Assembly (NCBI GenBank): GCA_964016885.1
Contig: OZ024745.1
Span: 69,068,001 to 69,132,000 of the forward strand
Reading direction: 5' to 3'
Source: Eledone cirrhosa
Lineage: Eukaryota
Length of the DNA: 64,000 nt
The first letter of the stretch is position 1, and each line of letters starts with the position of its first letter. Under the pieces are notes generated by a model. That model was not told the origin of the DNA, ran no database searches, and saw nothing but the letters and a program-made list of their open reading frames with translations. The position numbers and the translations under genes were made by a program. Below are positions 27,731-40,521 of this stretch, piece by piece.

Positions 27731-30279
27731 TCAGATATACATCATATAAAGACTTAAACACATACGTAAATCTTTTTGTTAAGCTGATTTGGCTGCTGTC
27801 ATTGCTATTTACATATTTTCTTGGAACCGTTTCTAAACAGAAATAAACAAATAAATAAATAATCAAATAAATAAATAATATAAAAAAATAAATAATATAA
27901 AAAATAAGAATAAATAAATGAAGTAAATAAAATAAATAATGTGAATAAAATCAAAGACAGCGAAAGAGAAGAGGAAGAGAAAAACATTGTTTGCAGAAGA
28001 ATTGGTTTGGTAAATGTCATTAATTTAAGCACATTCCGATTAAATGGTTTGTGAAATTTGGTGATATATTTTCATTTATATCTTGAAGAAGATTGTGAAA
28101 AAGTGGTTGGAATTGAATTTAAGACATTCTTTTATAGAATACACTTAAGCTGAACGAAAGAATTTCTTCAGAGAACAAAGATGTGTTGGGTAGACTTGTA
28201 AATAACATTGTTTTTTTCTTCCAGAGATGATGTACGATGAATAGATAGGGAGAGATGAGTAATAGAGAGATAGAAGAGAGAACAAGTGAGAGAGAAGAGA
28301 GAGTGGAAAAAGACAGAGTCAATAATTGTGTTATTTTTATTGTTGTTGCTGTTTAGTCCCATGTCAGCCAGAATCGAACAGTCTTATGATCAAAGGGGCT
28401 TAAATTGAAATCCTTCAATTTTTTCCTGACACTTTCCACCAAGGCAACTTTTCCAAAAATACTGGTCCCTTATTAAGAGAGGGTTTGGCTTTAGGTAGAT
28501 TTGACTGCTATTTATAGCAGGTTTACCGACAGTCGTTTGGCTCTAAGTTAAAGCCATTCTTTTATAGCATACACTTAAGCTAAAGGAAACATTTTCTCCA
28601 GGGAATAACGATGTATTGCAAAGACGTGTAAAGAAATTGCTTCTTTCTCAGATATGTTGGGAGATATGACAGAGGGAGGGGGAAAGAATACGGAGTGAGA
28701 ATGAGAGAGGAGAGAGAGTGAGTGAGAGAGAAACTTAATAATTGTGTTGCTCTTTAGTCCCATGTTAGCCACCAATGAACACGTTATGTGCAAGTATGAA
28801 AGGAAAAGGAAAGTAAAGACTCATGGGATCGTTGACCCATTGACCTCGGTGGGATATGAACTCTGACCGCAGTGAGCTAGCACAAATACCAAAGTATTTA
28901 TAACCCAGTGCTCTGAGGACTCACCACATTAAGGATAAAAGAATGAACGTGTGGAATAGACTCATCCTACCCTTTTCCACACTAAGGAAATTGATTTGAT
29001 TTGTCTATTGATCACCTTCTTCTCTGTGAATGATATATTTGTAGCCCTGATTTAGGCCTTTGATAGCATACTATGATCTGTCAACTTTATATCCAACTCC
29101 TTCTGACACCCACAGTTTATTCTAGAACTTTTCGGTTAGGTGACAGCATGTTATAAAACCGGATGAAAAATTCAACTCTTTGAAGAATCTCCAAAATTGT
29201 TCGTAGGCTACAATATTCGAGCTAAAGTCAAGACGTGTTTACATGTTCTTCCCATACAAGATAATTAAATATTCACAAGTTTCTTCTCATTTAACCTAAC
29301 ATACTCAAATGCGCATCTTATTTTATTGTAATTAATATTTTAGTCATTGTATAGACTACCTTTTCTAAGTAGTAATATTAAGTTGACCTTATTTAGTGTA
29401 AGTAAAATATATTTATTTTTTATACAGTCTTTGTTGTTTATTATATTTAGTACACTGTTTTAGCCATCTGATTTCCTCACATTTAAGTTTTCTCTTGCAC
29501 ACATTCACTACACATGTAAAAGGAAAACCGGAACTCTTTCTAATGTTCATGTTGTTAGAGCTGCAATCTTTGTAACACAACAGTGTTAGATGATATCGTG
29601 AAACAAATATGGAGATAACAACAGTGAAAAGATATGTCTTGCACTTGAAAGACCTGTATAGTTTAACGCCATTAATTAAAACAATCATGTATTATCACAA
29701 TGAAAGATAACAGACTGTGTCGAAAGTATACCTGTTGTTAGCTGGAAACGTGGGAACAAGCAACTTAACATGTACTTTATCAAAGGAAACATTTAAACTA
29801 AGCATTAGTTGACGATAACACGATGATTCACACACAACAAACAAAAGGAAGCTTAGTAGTTATTGCTCATATTAGAGATAAATTTCCAAGATTTCCTACA
29901 TATCGGCGAATACGTAGCTGTGTTGTTAAAATGTTCGTTTCACAACCACATGGTTCTGAGTTCAGTGACAGTGCCTGGCGCTTAGTCAAATGTCTTCCGC
30001 TTTAGTCTGTCCGTTTTTCCGTTGTTGTTTCTCCATTGCCTTTGTCCTGTGTGCCTCACTCTTATGAATTCATATTCTAAAGTCTTAGCAATGTAGGCTT
30101 TTTTTCGAAACTCTCTCTCTCTCCCTCTCTCCCTCTCTCCCTCTCTCTCTCTTATTTCATTTCTGAAGATTTCAAAAAACTAGATGATTCTTGCAACAAA
30201 CATCCAGTCGTTCGCCAATATATATATATATAAGTTAAAACAATGAAATAAAAATTGAAGTCATTAGAAATATACTTCA

Positions 30280-30417
30280 CTGCTTTACGATCGTTTCTAG
30301 GTGATAATAATACATCGTACGCATATTTCGTTATCGATCCATGTAAGGTTAGTTACAAAATATCAGATAAGAAATATATTTACTTACATGTATATCATCA
30401 GCTGTTGTCAAAAGCAA
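30280..30417 (-). ncRNA. Type I hammerhead (U3-A8 variant, long stem II), inverted pLTR copy
   Basis: Reverse complement of 32150-32287 with a few substitutions. Confidence 0.62.
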
Positions 30418-30491
30418 TGAGAATTTTATTCAAAATCAGTAGTAAAATGAGAACTATGTAGGTACCCCCCAACAACTATCTTACGTATGGT

Positions 30492-30919
30492 TATAATTGC
30501 AGAAATAGAAGCGTTTGCTCCTTAAATGGCAACTGTTTGATTAATAATGTAATATATAAATGCACTGTCTCTACTACTAACTCCAACAAAACTTATATAG
30601 GTTCTACATCGAACACATTTAAGAAAAGATATTACGCACACTCTAGTAGCTTTAATAATACCAAACTAGCTAACACCACATCTTTAGCTGAAGCAGTAAA
30701 TAACTATAAAAAGAAAAAAAAATAGATTTCAAGCTATCGTGGAATACCATCCTGCAAAGAACTCCATATCTTGGAAACCGGAGAGAATGCAGATTATGTT
30801 CAGGGGAGATCTTGCAAATTACTAAATCTAAGGACGATTTATTGAATAAAAGACAGGAACTGATTATAGATTGTAATCACCGTATACGAAAAATATTTAA
30901 GTACTATAAACCTAATTAA
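30492..30919 (+). pseudogene. GIY-YIG endonuclease fragment of a PLE, frameshifted
   Basis: YNCRNRSVCSLNGNCLINNVIYKCTV...TYIGSTSNTFKKRYYAHSSSF...TSLAE, a frameshift in the A-run at ~30707-30722, then LSWNTIL..PY..RECRLCSGE..LLNKRQELIIDCNH..*. Motif-for-motif homologous to the C-terminus of the 51059 ORF. Confidence 0.88.
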
Positions 30920-31222
30920 TTATTCTAAATAGAAACTCACTATAATTATATGTAACGTAACATTTGTTAGTATCCCCTTCCCTAATTATACGTCTTCCTG
31001 CTTATTTTTTAATTTTTTAGCTTCCTTAGATTCCTGCGTTAATGATTGAAGGCAACAAGGTACATGACCACATGTAATTGCATGGGTATATATGTATCTA
31101 TGTATGTATGATATGAGAATATATATATATGTGTATATGTGTATATGTGTGTATATGTGTATGTGTGTGTATGCGCGTGTGTGTACATGTATGTGTGCAT
31201 GCACATATATATGTATGTATAG

Positions 31223-31274
<52 letters not shown>

Positions 31275-31564
31275 GATTGTGTGCGCATATGTAGGTGTAT
31301 GTATATGTTTATATCTATATATGCGTATGTATGTTTTTAATAGAGTATCAATATGACTATACCTCTATCTATATATATGAATATTTGCACTTTGTGATCT
31401 GTGAAAATTATGCGTTTTGACTACATGTCAACATGCATTTATCTGAGTTTGATTACTTATACATAGACACACTTGAAGATATTTACTATTTTATATTTTA
31501 AGATGTATCATACGCTGTATTATACTATGTACAATGTACCATACCGTACTATATTATATTACAA

Positions 31565-31752
31565 GGGCGGTGGATTGGCAGTATCGGTAGAGGGTCGGAC
31601 GCCATGCTTTCCAGCATAGTTACGTCCCTTTACGATCTGAGTTCAAATCCCGCCGAGGTTGACTTTGCCTTTCATCCTTACGGGGTCGATGAAATAAAGT
31701 ACCAGTAACGCACTGGGTAATTGTTGGCCTTGTGCCTAAAGTAGAAACAATT
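31565..31752 (+). mobile_element. Full-length tRNA-derived Nin/Deu-domain SINE nested in the PLE 3' region
   Basis: GGCGGTGGATTGGCAGTATCGGTAG (A-box), GAGTTCAAATCC (B-box), GCCTTTCATCCTTACGGGGTCGATGAAATAAAGTACCAG (Nin/Deu-like core), and a 3' end GGCCTTGTGCCTAAAGTAGAAACAATT. Confidence 0.88.
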
Positions 31753-32149
31753 ATATTATATTATTATATTATTATATTTTATTACCTTATAATTTTCATC
31801 TTTTAATATGCTATCTTTCCTAGTCATTACCATGATTTATATTCTCCTAAAAACTCCATAGAACACAACTTAACATTTCCTTTTTACATTTCTTTTAAAC
31901 TTCACTATACCATATACATTCAACTATCAATATAACAATCCCAATTTTCATCATAGGTTCTTTATAGCAATTCTATTTTTAACACTATTCAACCATTCCT
32001 TTGAAATGGTCATGACCTCAACTAAAGTGAGTTATTTTTCATCTTAATATCATATGGAAAAAAAAAACAATTTGATTGGTTTGTCCTTCAGCTACCTCCA
32101 AATAAGGTCATAGAACTCAATTTACTACTGATTTTGAATAACATTCTCA

Positions 32150-32287
32150 TTGCTTTTGACAACAGCTGATGATGTACATGTAAGTAAATATATTCCTTAT
32201 CTGATATTTTGTAATTAACCTTACATAGATCGATAACGAAATATGCGTACGATGTATTATTATCACCTAGAAACGATCGTAAAGCAG
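32150..32287 (+). ncRNA. Type I hammerhead (U3-A8 variant) with ~107-nt extended stem II in the PLE 3' pLTR
   Basis: TTGCTT-TTGACAA-[cAGcTGATGAT GTACAT...ATGTAT t ATTATCA cCTa]-GAAA-CGATCG-TA-AAGCAG. Stem I is 6 bp and stem III is the palindrome CGATCG. Confidence 0.65.
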
Positions 32288-32910
32288 TGAAGTATATTTC
32301 TAATGACTTGAATTTTTATTTCATTGTTTTAACTTATATCATAACTCTGTTTTCCTTCTGATGTTTTATTGTTTACCGGGATTTATTTTAACCTATAACA
32401 TTTTCGACATATGAATTACATTGAGTTCTTCATACAGACAAGACCCCACAACTTACCGTGGATATTTCTGTGTGTATATATATATATATATAATTGAATA
32501 AACAAGAGCGATGAACACTAATTTAAACATACATGTGTTCGAATCGTAAGGACTAGGTTAGCTAGGGTGAACAAATACTAACTACAGCAATATGGTTTGT
32601 CAGACTTAATTTTAAGTAGTAAATTAAGAAAAATAACAGACCTATATCGGGCAATAGTCTGGTAACAACTAGACAGTTTTGAAAACTGTTTCGCAACATC
32701 TTATTAAGTGAAGTCAACGCGTTTCTCTGCTCCTCAGTAGTTGTTGAGAAATTAGCGATCCTTCCACTTCTAAAAATATTAGAAGATTGAATTGTGTGCG
32801 ATATGAAATAGCGCACGTGTCTCCAGAACCCAGCCTGTCTCGAAATCCCATGCCACTAAAAATAGCAGTCTGGTTAACAAGCTCTACATGATGGAGCCGA
32901 CAAATATATA

Positions 32911-33014
32911 GTGAGTTAGAAACTCAGAGTAGTCTCTTTCAATTAAATAGCTCGGAAAAGCTTTTTTCTTAGAGCTATTTAATTGTAAGAGACTACTCTG
33001 AGTTTCTAACTCAC
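32911..33014. repeat. Near-perfect palindrome (43-bp arms, 1 mismatch, 18-nt spacer) flanked by TA repeats
   Basis: GTGAGTTAGAAACTCAGAGTAGTCTCTTTCAATTAAATAGCTC and its reverse complement at 32972-33014. Confidence 0.92.
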
Positions 33015-33219
33015 TATATATATATATATATATATAAATATATATACTCATGTTTTTCTTACAAGAATGCGGAAATGCTGGGTCACCACCTTGATGTAGT
33101 TGATTATATAGACCCCAGCACATATTCCAATTTGTCGGTATATTTTTTGTCGAACTCTGAAGTAACGGGCCATAAACGCATACATGAATGCATACTGACG
33201 TACACACACACACACACAT

Positions 33220-33250
<31 letters not shown>

Positions 33251-34640
33251 CGTATATGCATAATGCACAACGGGACTGAATCCAGAACCACATGTTTACA
33301 AAGCGAGCTTCTTCACCTAACAACCATCTTTGTGACTATTTGTCCACACACGTACACAAGTGGCCGGTCATTTGCAGCTAACAATGAAATATTGTTGTGT
33401 CTTTGAACAATGACATTTTAAAGAGAATATTCGCGGCTGAATTCTCTATAGCTGACTTTGAAAAGCTGTAATGTTTTGTTAAAAGCTGCTTTATCGCTGC
33501 GAAGAAAACACAGAACGCACAAGAAAATAGTCATTGGCATAAATCAACCATCAACTGCACGACGGCTTCACAGGAGACAAACCTTATCTTTATATCAGTG
33601 ATTTTCTCACCTTAGCTTTTGAATTGTTGACGTTGCTGCTATTCAAGAGAATTGCTGCTATGCCCACACTTATTGAACCTACAAAGAGGTTACAAAAATA
33701 TTAAGCTCAGGGTTTTCTTTGCAATTCGTTTTATTTCTCGGAATGGGTTTGGTGCATGTATGCATATAGATACAAGATATACTAATTTTGTCCCGATGAA
33801 TCTAATGCTTCTTATGACTTGATACAGCATAGTTCTACTTGGAATGTTCTTCATTAAAGCACATGATTTGCCATGGATTTTTTTTCTGGAAGACCAGTAG
33901 TCGCTCATGCATGCAAGTTTCCCCTCATTATATCATTGCTATTTTCTAAAAGAGGGGTAAAGGCCGATAGAATGTGGTGTTAGTGTCCTCGCAGGCGAAC
34001 GCAGAACGTAAATGGACAAAATATATGTCGCACGACATCACGTCCGGTTCATTCACATTTCCGCTAATCCCTCACACTAGACTGGCACTTTATTTATCGA
34101 CCTCAAAATAATGAAGGACAAGTTGACCACGGTGGGATTTAAAATTAGAACACAGAGAGACAGAAAAATAACGAAGCGCTAAATACTCTGATAATTCGCC
34201 GATTCATGGATGCTAATAATTACACTTCAAAGATACCTATTATTAAGAGGGATGAATCAGAGAGACATGTTATCAGTTTGATGGCCTTCACTACGAATCA
34301 CGATTTAGATTGCCGACATTCAAAGCAGATACGAAATAAAAAACCATATATCATTTTAAGGCCGAATTTACACCGATCTACCCCATATATTTGCTCAAAC
34401 GCAAAAAATGTTGAAGGTTTCATTAATTCGCGATTGCTGATAGTAATCTTTTACAGCTTAGTGAAAAATAACGCGAAATGAAGTATCTTATTCAAGGACA
34501 CAACGTGGTGTCCAGTCTGGTATCAAACCCACGATCTTAGGATCGTAATTCCCAAACCATAACTAATAGGCCATGTGACTAGGGCTCATTTAATCGATTA
34601 TAGCTATACCGTACATTTAGAGCTTTGTACCTGTAATATG

Positions 34641-34792
34641 AGGCGGCGAATTGGTCGAGTCGTTGGAATGTCGGATAGAATGCTTTGCGATATTCGTTAC
34701 GGCTCCCTGAGTTCAAATCCCGCCGAGGTCAACTTTGTCTTATATCCATTCGAGGTCGATAACAGAAAGTACCAGTCTAGTACTGGGATCGA
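34641..34792 (+). mobile_element. Nin/Deu-domain SINE
   Basis: GGCGGCGAATTGG...GAGTTCAAATCCCGCCGAGGTCAACTTTG...GAGGTCGATAACAGAAAGTACCAG. Confidence 0.8.
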
Positions 34793-36212
34793 TTCTTCCC
34801 CTGTATCTATTCAGATCTGGAAAGGAGATTGGCTTAGATAGGCCGTATGTCAATGGGTTGCCCCTACAACTCCCCCAGGAGTTACGGGTCTATACACACG
34901 CCTGTAATATATTATTATTTCAGTAGCAGAAGAGCTAGATGGTCGGTATTTAGTTAGAATTTTTAGTCAGAATCCTTTACGTTGGCAGTTAAAAACTCCC
35001 ATGTTTAACATTACTTTTCAGAAGTCGGAGATGGGGGATGGTGCGCTATGAAATAAAATACCACTTAAGCTTTGCAAATTTAAAAAAATCAAAACTATTT
35101 CAATGAGAAATAAAATTTAGCTATAAAGCGTAGAAGACAAATTCTCTTATTTGGAGTTAATGAGAGATTTAACCCTTGGTAATTCAGTCTAAATATTTAC
35201 AAAGTATGTGCCATTCTGAAGAATAGTAGAGTTAAACGAAAATATTCTGAGTTTCTGCGAAATAAGGTGTCTTTAAATAAGATTCAATTTTAAAAAACCC
35301 TTGCATGTTTTTTAATTAGAGTGAATAAATTATTTGTCTAAATCAATTTTTATTTCTTTAAAATTAGCGTGGTGCAAATTGCCAATAAATTATTATAGCT
35401 AAAATACAACAAACAGATGTAAATTTGGAATGGCATATACTCATGTATGTGTGTGTGTGCGCGTGTGTATGTGTGAGAGAGAGAAAGAGAGAGCGATGAA
35501 GGGAGGGGCAGATGATAGGAAGAGAGTGCAAGAGAGAGAGAGAGAGACGTGGGTGTAAATGAAGTGGGTGGAAAACTATAAATTATTAGCCCTATAACTC
35601 GGCGTTATAGCAAGCAATTTTTCGAAAAGTTGATTCAGCCAGAAAATCTGGTCTTCTCTGTGATAAGGTATTTTTAAAAATAAAGTTTATTTTTGAAAAA
35701 ATTAGTAAATTTTCTCTCTGAACCAACATTTTGTTTGTTTTAAAGTCTTATTAAAAGGAAAGTGGTCGCAATTGTCTATACGATATAGGTATTGGTTCTG
35801 CAATTTTTTTGTAACGTATTTAAAGGTTTCACGATGAAATTTTCTAGGATTATTGGGTTAGAAAAAAAAAACGAAACCCTCGAGCAACGAGGTTGATTTG
35901 CTTTAGTCTTTGAAGGTTTCACGGCAATCCGATAGCTATAGGTCATTATGTTGCAGGCTAAGTGAATTGGGTGGCTGACTGGGCTGTAACTAATATTAAG
36001 AGTCCGAAATTAATTATTTACCTATCAGAGACAATATATTATACCTAGACGAATTGCATGATAAGAAGGAAAGGAGAGGCAAATGTGCCCAAACCTTTTT
36101 GTTTCACTAGTAAATTAAAAACAGCTTGACGCCAAATCCCGATTAAATGTTTATCCTAGGACCCCTTGAAAGCTTAAACCGCTCAAGTATTCCTTCTGGT
36201 TATATTTCTTTG

Positions 36213-36248
<36 letters not shown>

Positions 36249-37139
36249 GAAATATAATTCTTATTGAACATGGAACATTATAGGAAAGATTCATTGCATA
36301 AAATTATTGTTGTGGCTTCAATAATTACATTTTGTTATAGAGAACGTTCTAAGTTAAATTTTTCATACATCACGAATAATATAGAAAATGTTACATTTGA
36401 AGATGGAATATATCAATATATAATACGTCTTAATTTCCAAATAGAAAATATACGGATATAAATATACGTTTAGTTGCAGTGATTGGAAAAGACTACGAGA
36501 ATAAAACAACAAAAGCCACCAGATATTAAGTATTACATATATTAGAGAAGACACCAGACAAAATATTATCATGTACTCACATCTATTATTTTCAAGTATC
36601 ATCACGTTATCTAATTCTAATACTTCGTATCTGTTCTCATCTATTATTTTCTAGCACATATCCGAATATATCTTGGTGGGTTAATTACTTTAAAAAACTT
36701 TTATTTTTCCAAAGATGCTGATGTGAACGTCACACACATAAAAAAGAAAGAAATATCGAAATTTTCATACAAGAATCAAATAAAAGAATAATCAAGACAG
36801 TATTAGTAATCTGTAGAATCTGTGAAAGCAATGTGTATTGGTTTAAATTACAGTAGATCCAACATTAGATCAAAGGCCTACATTGGAAGACATTAGATTA
36901 AACAATAATGTTAGATTCTGTTACAAGATATATCCATAATACATTCATATCCATACTACATTTGTAGTGATTTCTATGACGTAATCACAACATTGAAGTC
37001 ACTCAACTAGTAACTCTAAACGGAGTCGTAGCGGCACCATCGTCACACTTAGCGTGTCTTGGATGTTTTAAACCTGGCGACGCTCACCACCTCTCCAGGT
37101 TTGACAACAACCGATTGTTTTTCTGAGAGAGAGAAATAA

Positions 37140-37475
37140 TAGTTTCTCATTTAAGCACAAGGCCAACAATTTGTGGAAGGGGAAAATCGATTGAATCGAC
37201 GCCTGTGCGTTACTGGTACTTTATTTTATCGACCTCGTAAGGATGAAAGGGAAAGTTAACCTCGGCGGGATTTGAACTCAGAACATAAAAGGCCATAATT
37301 CTACACTGCAAAGAGAGAGAGAGAAATAATGATTATTCTCTCTGTCATTGGCACAAGGTCAACAATTGTTTGAGGAAAGGGAAAGTTGATTATATTGACA
37401 CCAGTACTTAACTGGTATTTTATTTTATTGGCCTCGGGAAATGAAAGGCAAAGGTGGCTTCAGGTGCATTTAAAC
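37140..37475 (-). mobile_element. Two adjacent Nin/Deu-domain SINE copies
   Basis: GCACAAGG.CAACAATT...CTGGTA.TTTATTTTAT.G.CCTCG..ATGAAAGG occurs twice. Confidence 0.8.
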
Positions 37476-37965
37476 ATAAAAAGGACGACAACCACCTTCA
37501 TTTCCAAGTTATCTACCATTAATTTGAAACCGCTTTCGAACCTGATTGCAAAGTAATTCCGTACATTTCATATTACCTATTTTAGTGCTTTAGCTGAAAC
37601 TATATATTCTCATGTTAACAACCCTTGCTACGTTTATTTTATAAAATATTGTGGACACATTAAAACTGAAATTTAGTAAAAAAAAAAGTGAAAACATATC
37701 ACAAAAATTTTGGATTTAATATTTTTTATTATGCTTAGATCAAAATATGCTTTTTAAATACATACATTTTAAACATCAGGGAATCAGAATTTACAAAAAA
37801 TCTTAAATTTGGAACATTTATTTCACTACGAAGGAGATTTACAGCCACACCACTCCCTTATTTTATACACAAATACACTAGATCGCCTTCGAAAGCAAAG
37901 GACGAAAAGTAAGCAAATGAATCGATTTATTTTTAATCACCTATATATATATATATATAGGTGAT

Positions 37966-38656
37966 TAACTTATGTTTAACTCTGGTATAGCACTTGCCTA
38001 CATAATCCTGAAGTTGCGTTTCGCTAATTTATACTCGCCGAAATGCGATTCTCGCTAAATATATATTTGTATCAATCTCCCAAGTCTAGCAATTAACCAG
38101 TTAATCTTTTTGACTTTTTAGTTAATTCTATTGACTGATTAATCGCTTAAGTTTATTTAAAAACTACTCGGTTGAGAACTTAATTCGTTTTGTGTTTTTT
38201 TGCAAATTTTTGCAATGACTACACATATTGAATTCATTTGCCAAAAAAGGGGTTTTCTCCCCTTTGGACCTCACATGTGTTTTGAACACTGGGTTCCTGA
38301 CGCACGCTGAACAAAACGCCTGTTGAGAAAGTGATTTCCTTGTTCGATCATTATACCAAAGGCTTATTATTTTTTATAAGCAGACAGTGTTATTGATTTA
38401 GGAGTCGCAGAAACCCTATATCGGATTATACAATCATTCCTGAAGGTCCGGGTAATTATTTCAATCTTATTTTTTGTTTCACCCGCTTAGCTTGCTCGCT
38501 TTTTGGCTTAGGTAGTTAATGGCTTCTTAACCATCGTCTCAATTTTGTAAGTCCTTTAACTTATGTTTAGCTCTGGTATCCATTGAGCACTTGCTTACAC
38601 AATCCTGAAGTTGCGTTTCGTTAATTTCTACTCGCCGAAATGCGATTCTCGGCAAA
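37966..38656. repeat. ~100-bp direct repeats (37966-38060, 38557-38656) bounding a unit within TA runs
   Basis: TAACTTATGTTTA.CTCTGGTAT..AGCACTTGC.TACA.AATCCTGAAGTTGCGTTTCG.TAATTT.TACTCGCCGAAATGCGATTCTCG is present twice, each followed by TA repeats. Confidence 0.85.
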
Positions 38657-38663
38657 TATATAT

Positions 38664-38737
<74 letters not shown>

Positions 38738-39210
38738 TATAGTATGGAAGTAATTAAAAGTGTGTATATAAAGGTACGCAAGTTTAAATGCAAATTTACG
38801 TATTTTCCTGTTACACTAACGCATACACACGCATACACACACACATATATATAATATATTTTATTATATCAATGATTCGAGTCAGGACTACTTTGAAACT
38901 GGCTATCTATCTATCTATCTATCTAGTTTCTAATTTAGCAAAATACCAGCAATGTTTGAAGGGATGGGCAAAGTCGGCCCAATACTTGTCTGCTACTATA
39001 TTTCATCGATTCAACCCCGATAAGATAAAAGGAAAATTTGACCTCAGCGGGATTTGAACACAAAACGTAAAAAAGCCATAACAAATACATGAAAGTACTT
39101 CTCCTACGCTTTCATGTTTCTACCAATTCACAGCATTTTATATATAAATATATACATACATACATACACACACACACATATATATATATATACAAATACA
39201 TACACACACA

Positions 39211-39265
<55 letters not shown>

Positions 39266-39315
39266 ATATATATATATATGTGTATATACATATGTGTATA
39301 TATATACACACACAC

Positions 39316-39360
<45 letters not shown>

Positions 39361-39384
39361 GTGAGTGAATATACACACACACAC

Positions 39385-39422
<38 letters not shown>

Positions 39423-40328
39423 GTGTGTGTGTGTGTGTGTATATTCACTCACATAATACACATTGCTATGTAGGCGTACGTCGTATTTCTTTATATCTTA
39501 CATCTTACGTTAACAATTCTATTTCTAAATATGATATGAAATATGAAATATCAAATATCAAATATGGAATATATAAAATATAAATCTAATATCTAGGTCA
39601 GTTGTGAAATTAAATTTACTTCGCCTGAATCCATCAATGAAAGCAAAATATGTGTGAATATGGCTGGCAAATCGGATATTGAAAAATATCAAGTAAGTCT
39701 ATTGCTGATATATTACTCGTGTCTCACCGAGAGGAGTTCCAGTCACTCCTCTGAAGGTTCACTTTTTTTCTGATCATTGATAAGAAAATGTATAAAGCAC
39801 ATACAAGTAAAAATCAATGATTAAATCTTTTAAGCAAAGAAACGTGTTGCGTACAAAAGAAAAAATTATATTGTAAAAATATATTTTCATTATTCAATTA
39901 CATGGCACGTTAAATAATTCAGGATGAAAAGATGCTGAGGGAAAAATATCCAATTACGAAGTCGAATCGACCAGGTGTTATTGCTATGCTACATGGATTC
40001 GCCAATAGGAAGAAAGGAGCCACAGAAATGGTACATTGATTATTAATATTAATACATATGGTAAATGGTTAGCGAGAGAATCGAGTTAATCATCATAGAT
40101 AATTTCGAGAACTAATAGAACTAATGAAGTTTCTATAACGGAACTAATGAAGTTGTCAAAAATCTAAAATCGAATGAAAAGGCGCATTTAGAGTATGTAA
40201 TTTTGTTATTGTTCCGTATAAAGATAAGGGCATTGACCGAAAATGTGCAGAATTAGAGAATATATATATATATATATATATTCATTTATATATATTTATA
40301 GAGAGAGAGCGAGCGTGAGACATACATA

Positions 40329-40521
40329 TTGTTTCTACTTTAGGCACAAGGCCAGCCATTACCCAATACATTACTGGTACTTTATTTTATCGACCCCGTA
40401 AGGATGAAAGGCAAAGTTAACCTCGGCGGGATTTGAACTCAGACTGTAAAGGGACGTAACTATGCTAGAAAGCATGGTGTCCAACCCTGTACCGATACTG
40501 CCAATTCACCGCCCTTTCACC
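40329..40521 (-). mobile_element. Full-length Nin/Deu-domain SINE with a probable 16-bp TSD
   Basis: Reverse complement of the 31565 family. Flanked by GCGT(G/A)AGACATACATA at 40313-40328 and 40522-40537. Confidence 0.88.

Larger units (their letters stand above)
30228..32478 (+). mobile_element. 5'-truncated Penelope-like element (CxCx5C/Hydra-clade-like) with an inverted 5' pLTR
   Basis: Inverted arms at ~30228-30457 and ~32110-32338 flank a GIY-YIG fragment and a 3' region that contains microsatellites and a SINE. (TA)n at both ends. Confidence 0.82.
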
